Of a DNA stretch of 64,000 nucleotides, positions 63,501 to 64,000 are shown in pieces. Below the pieces are notes generated by a model, which did no database searches, had not been told where the DNA came from, and saw nothing but the letters and a program-made list of their open reading frames with translations. This DNA comes from the human T2T-CHM13v2.0 reference genome, Homo sapiens, in the NCBI RefSeq assembly GCF_009914755.1, contig NC_060931.1, one strand, 5' to 3'. Position numbers and translations under genes: made by a program. Position 1 is the first letter of the stretch. Each line of letters begins with the position of its first letter.

Positions 63501-64000
63501 GATTACATGGGATTTTGTAAATTATCCCAGTGACTTCACTATTACAATGTCCCAGTTTAGAGGTGAGTACTGGAAGCTTAGCTCATCCAGTCAGAGAGCA
63601 AGTGGCACGAAAGAGTCTTGGTGTTGAGTATCCCTGCCACCCTCCAAGCCCTTGTGCTGGGCTGTTAAACAGCAGTCCCTTGACTCAGAGGCCGTTTCTG
63701 CCCTGCAGTGATCATAAAGACTAACTAAATTCAGGCAAAATGTCAAGATAAGGCCTTTAGCTTCATTATAAAATGGAAACTAAAGATACATTGATAGTAA
63801 TTCTCTGTATAACTTATCTTGCATCTATTACATGAGATATTTCAGAAAATGTTTTGATTTCCGTTATTTCCTAGGAAACAAATTGCTGAGTTCCACCTGA
63901 AGGAAGACTTTACTAATGCCAATGTCATGTTAGGAAGATCTTTCTTCATTTCAACTAACAAAGCTCTGGTACACCAGTGAACAAGTTAAATAATGGGATA

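Overview
Primate (human-like) genomic DNA. The only protein-coding gene is KBTBD2, a BTB-BACK-Kelch CUL3 adaptor on the minus strand. It has a non-coding exon 1 in a CpG island (~47.1-47.4 kb) and three coding exons (35201-35032, 30758-30593, 26482-24947) that splice in frame to 623 aa, with a polyA signal at 23788-23793. The first 1.7 kb looks like the end of a plus-strand 3' UTR, tentatively a DPY19L1-family pseudogene; this comes from my memory of the 7p14 neighbourhood, not from the sequence. The rest is interspersed repeats: about 44 Alus, old L1/L2/MIR, DNA-transposon fossils, MaLR and ERV1 LTRs, and one two-LTR MST provirus. All other ORFs in the track are Alu, microsatellite or GC-rich artefacts. 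I found no new multi-gene system. The strongest second-look signals are an Alu whose target-site duplication copied the KBTBD2 exon-3 splice donor, seven upstream AUGs in exon 2, a G-run promoter repeat in an open polyGly frame, and an abrupt Alu-poor to Alu-rich switch at ~22.4 kb. Repeat boundaries and subfamilies were called by eye and are approximate.
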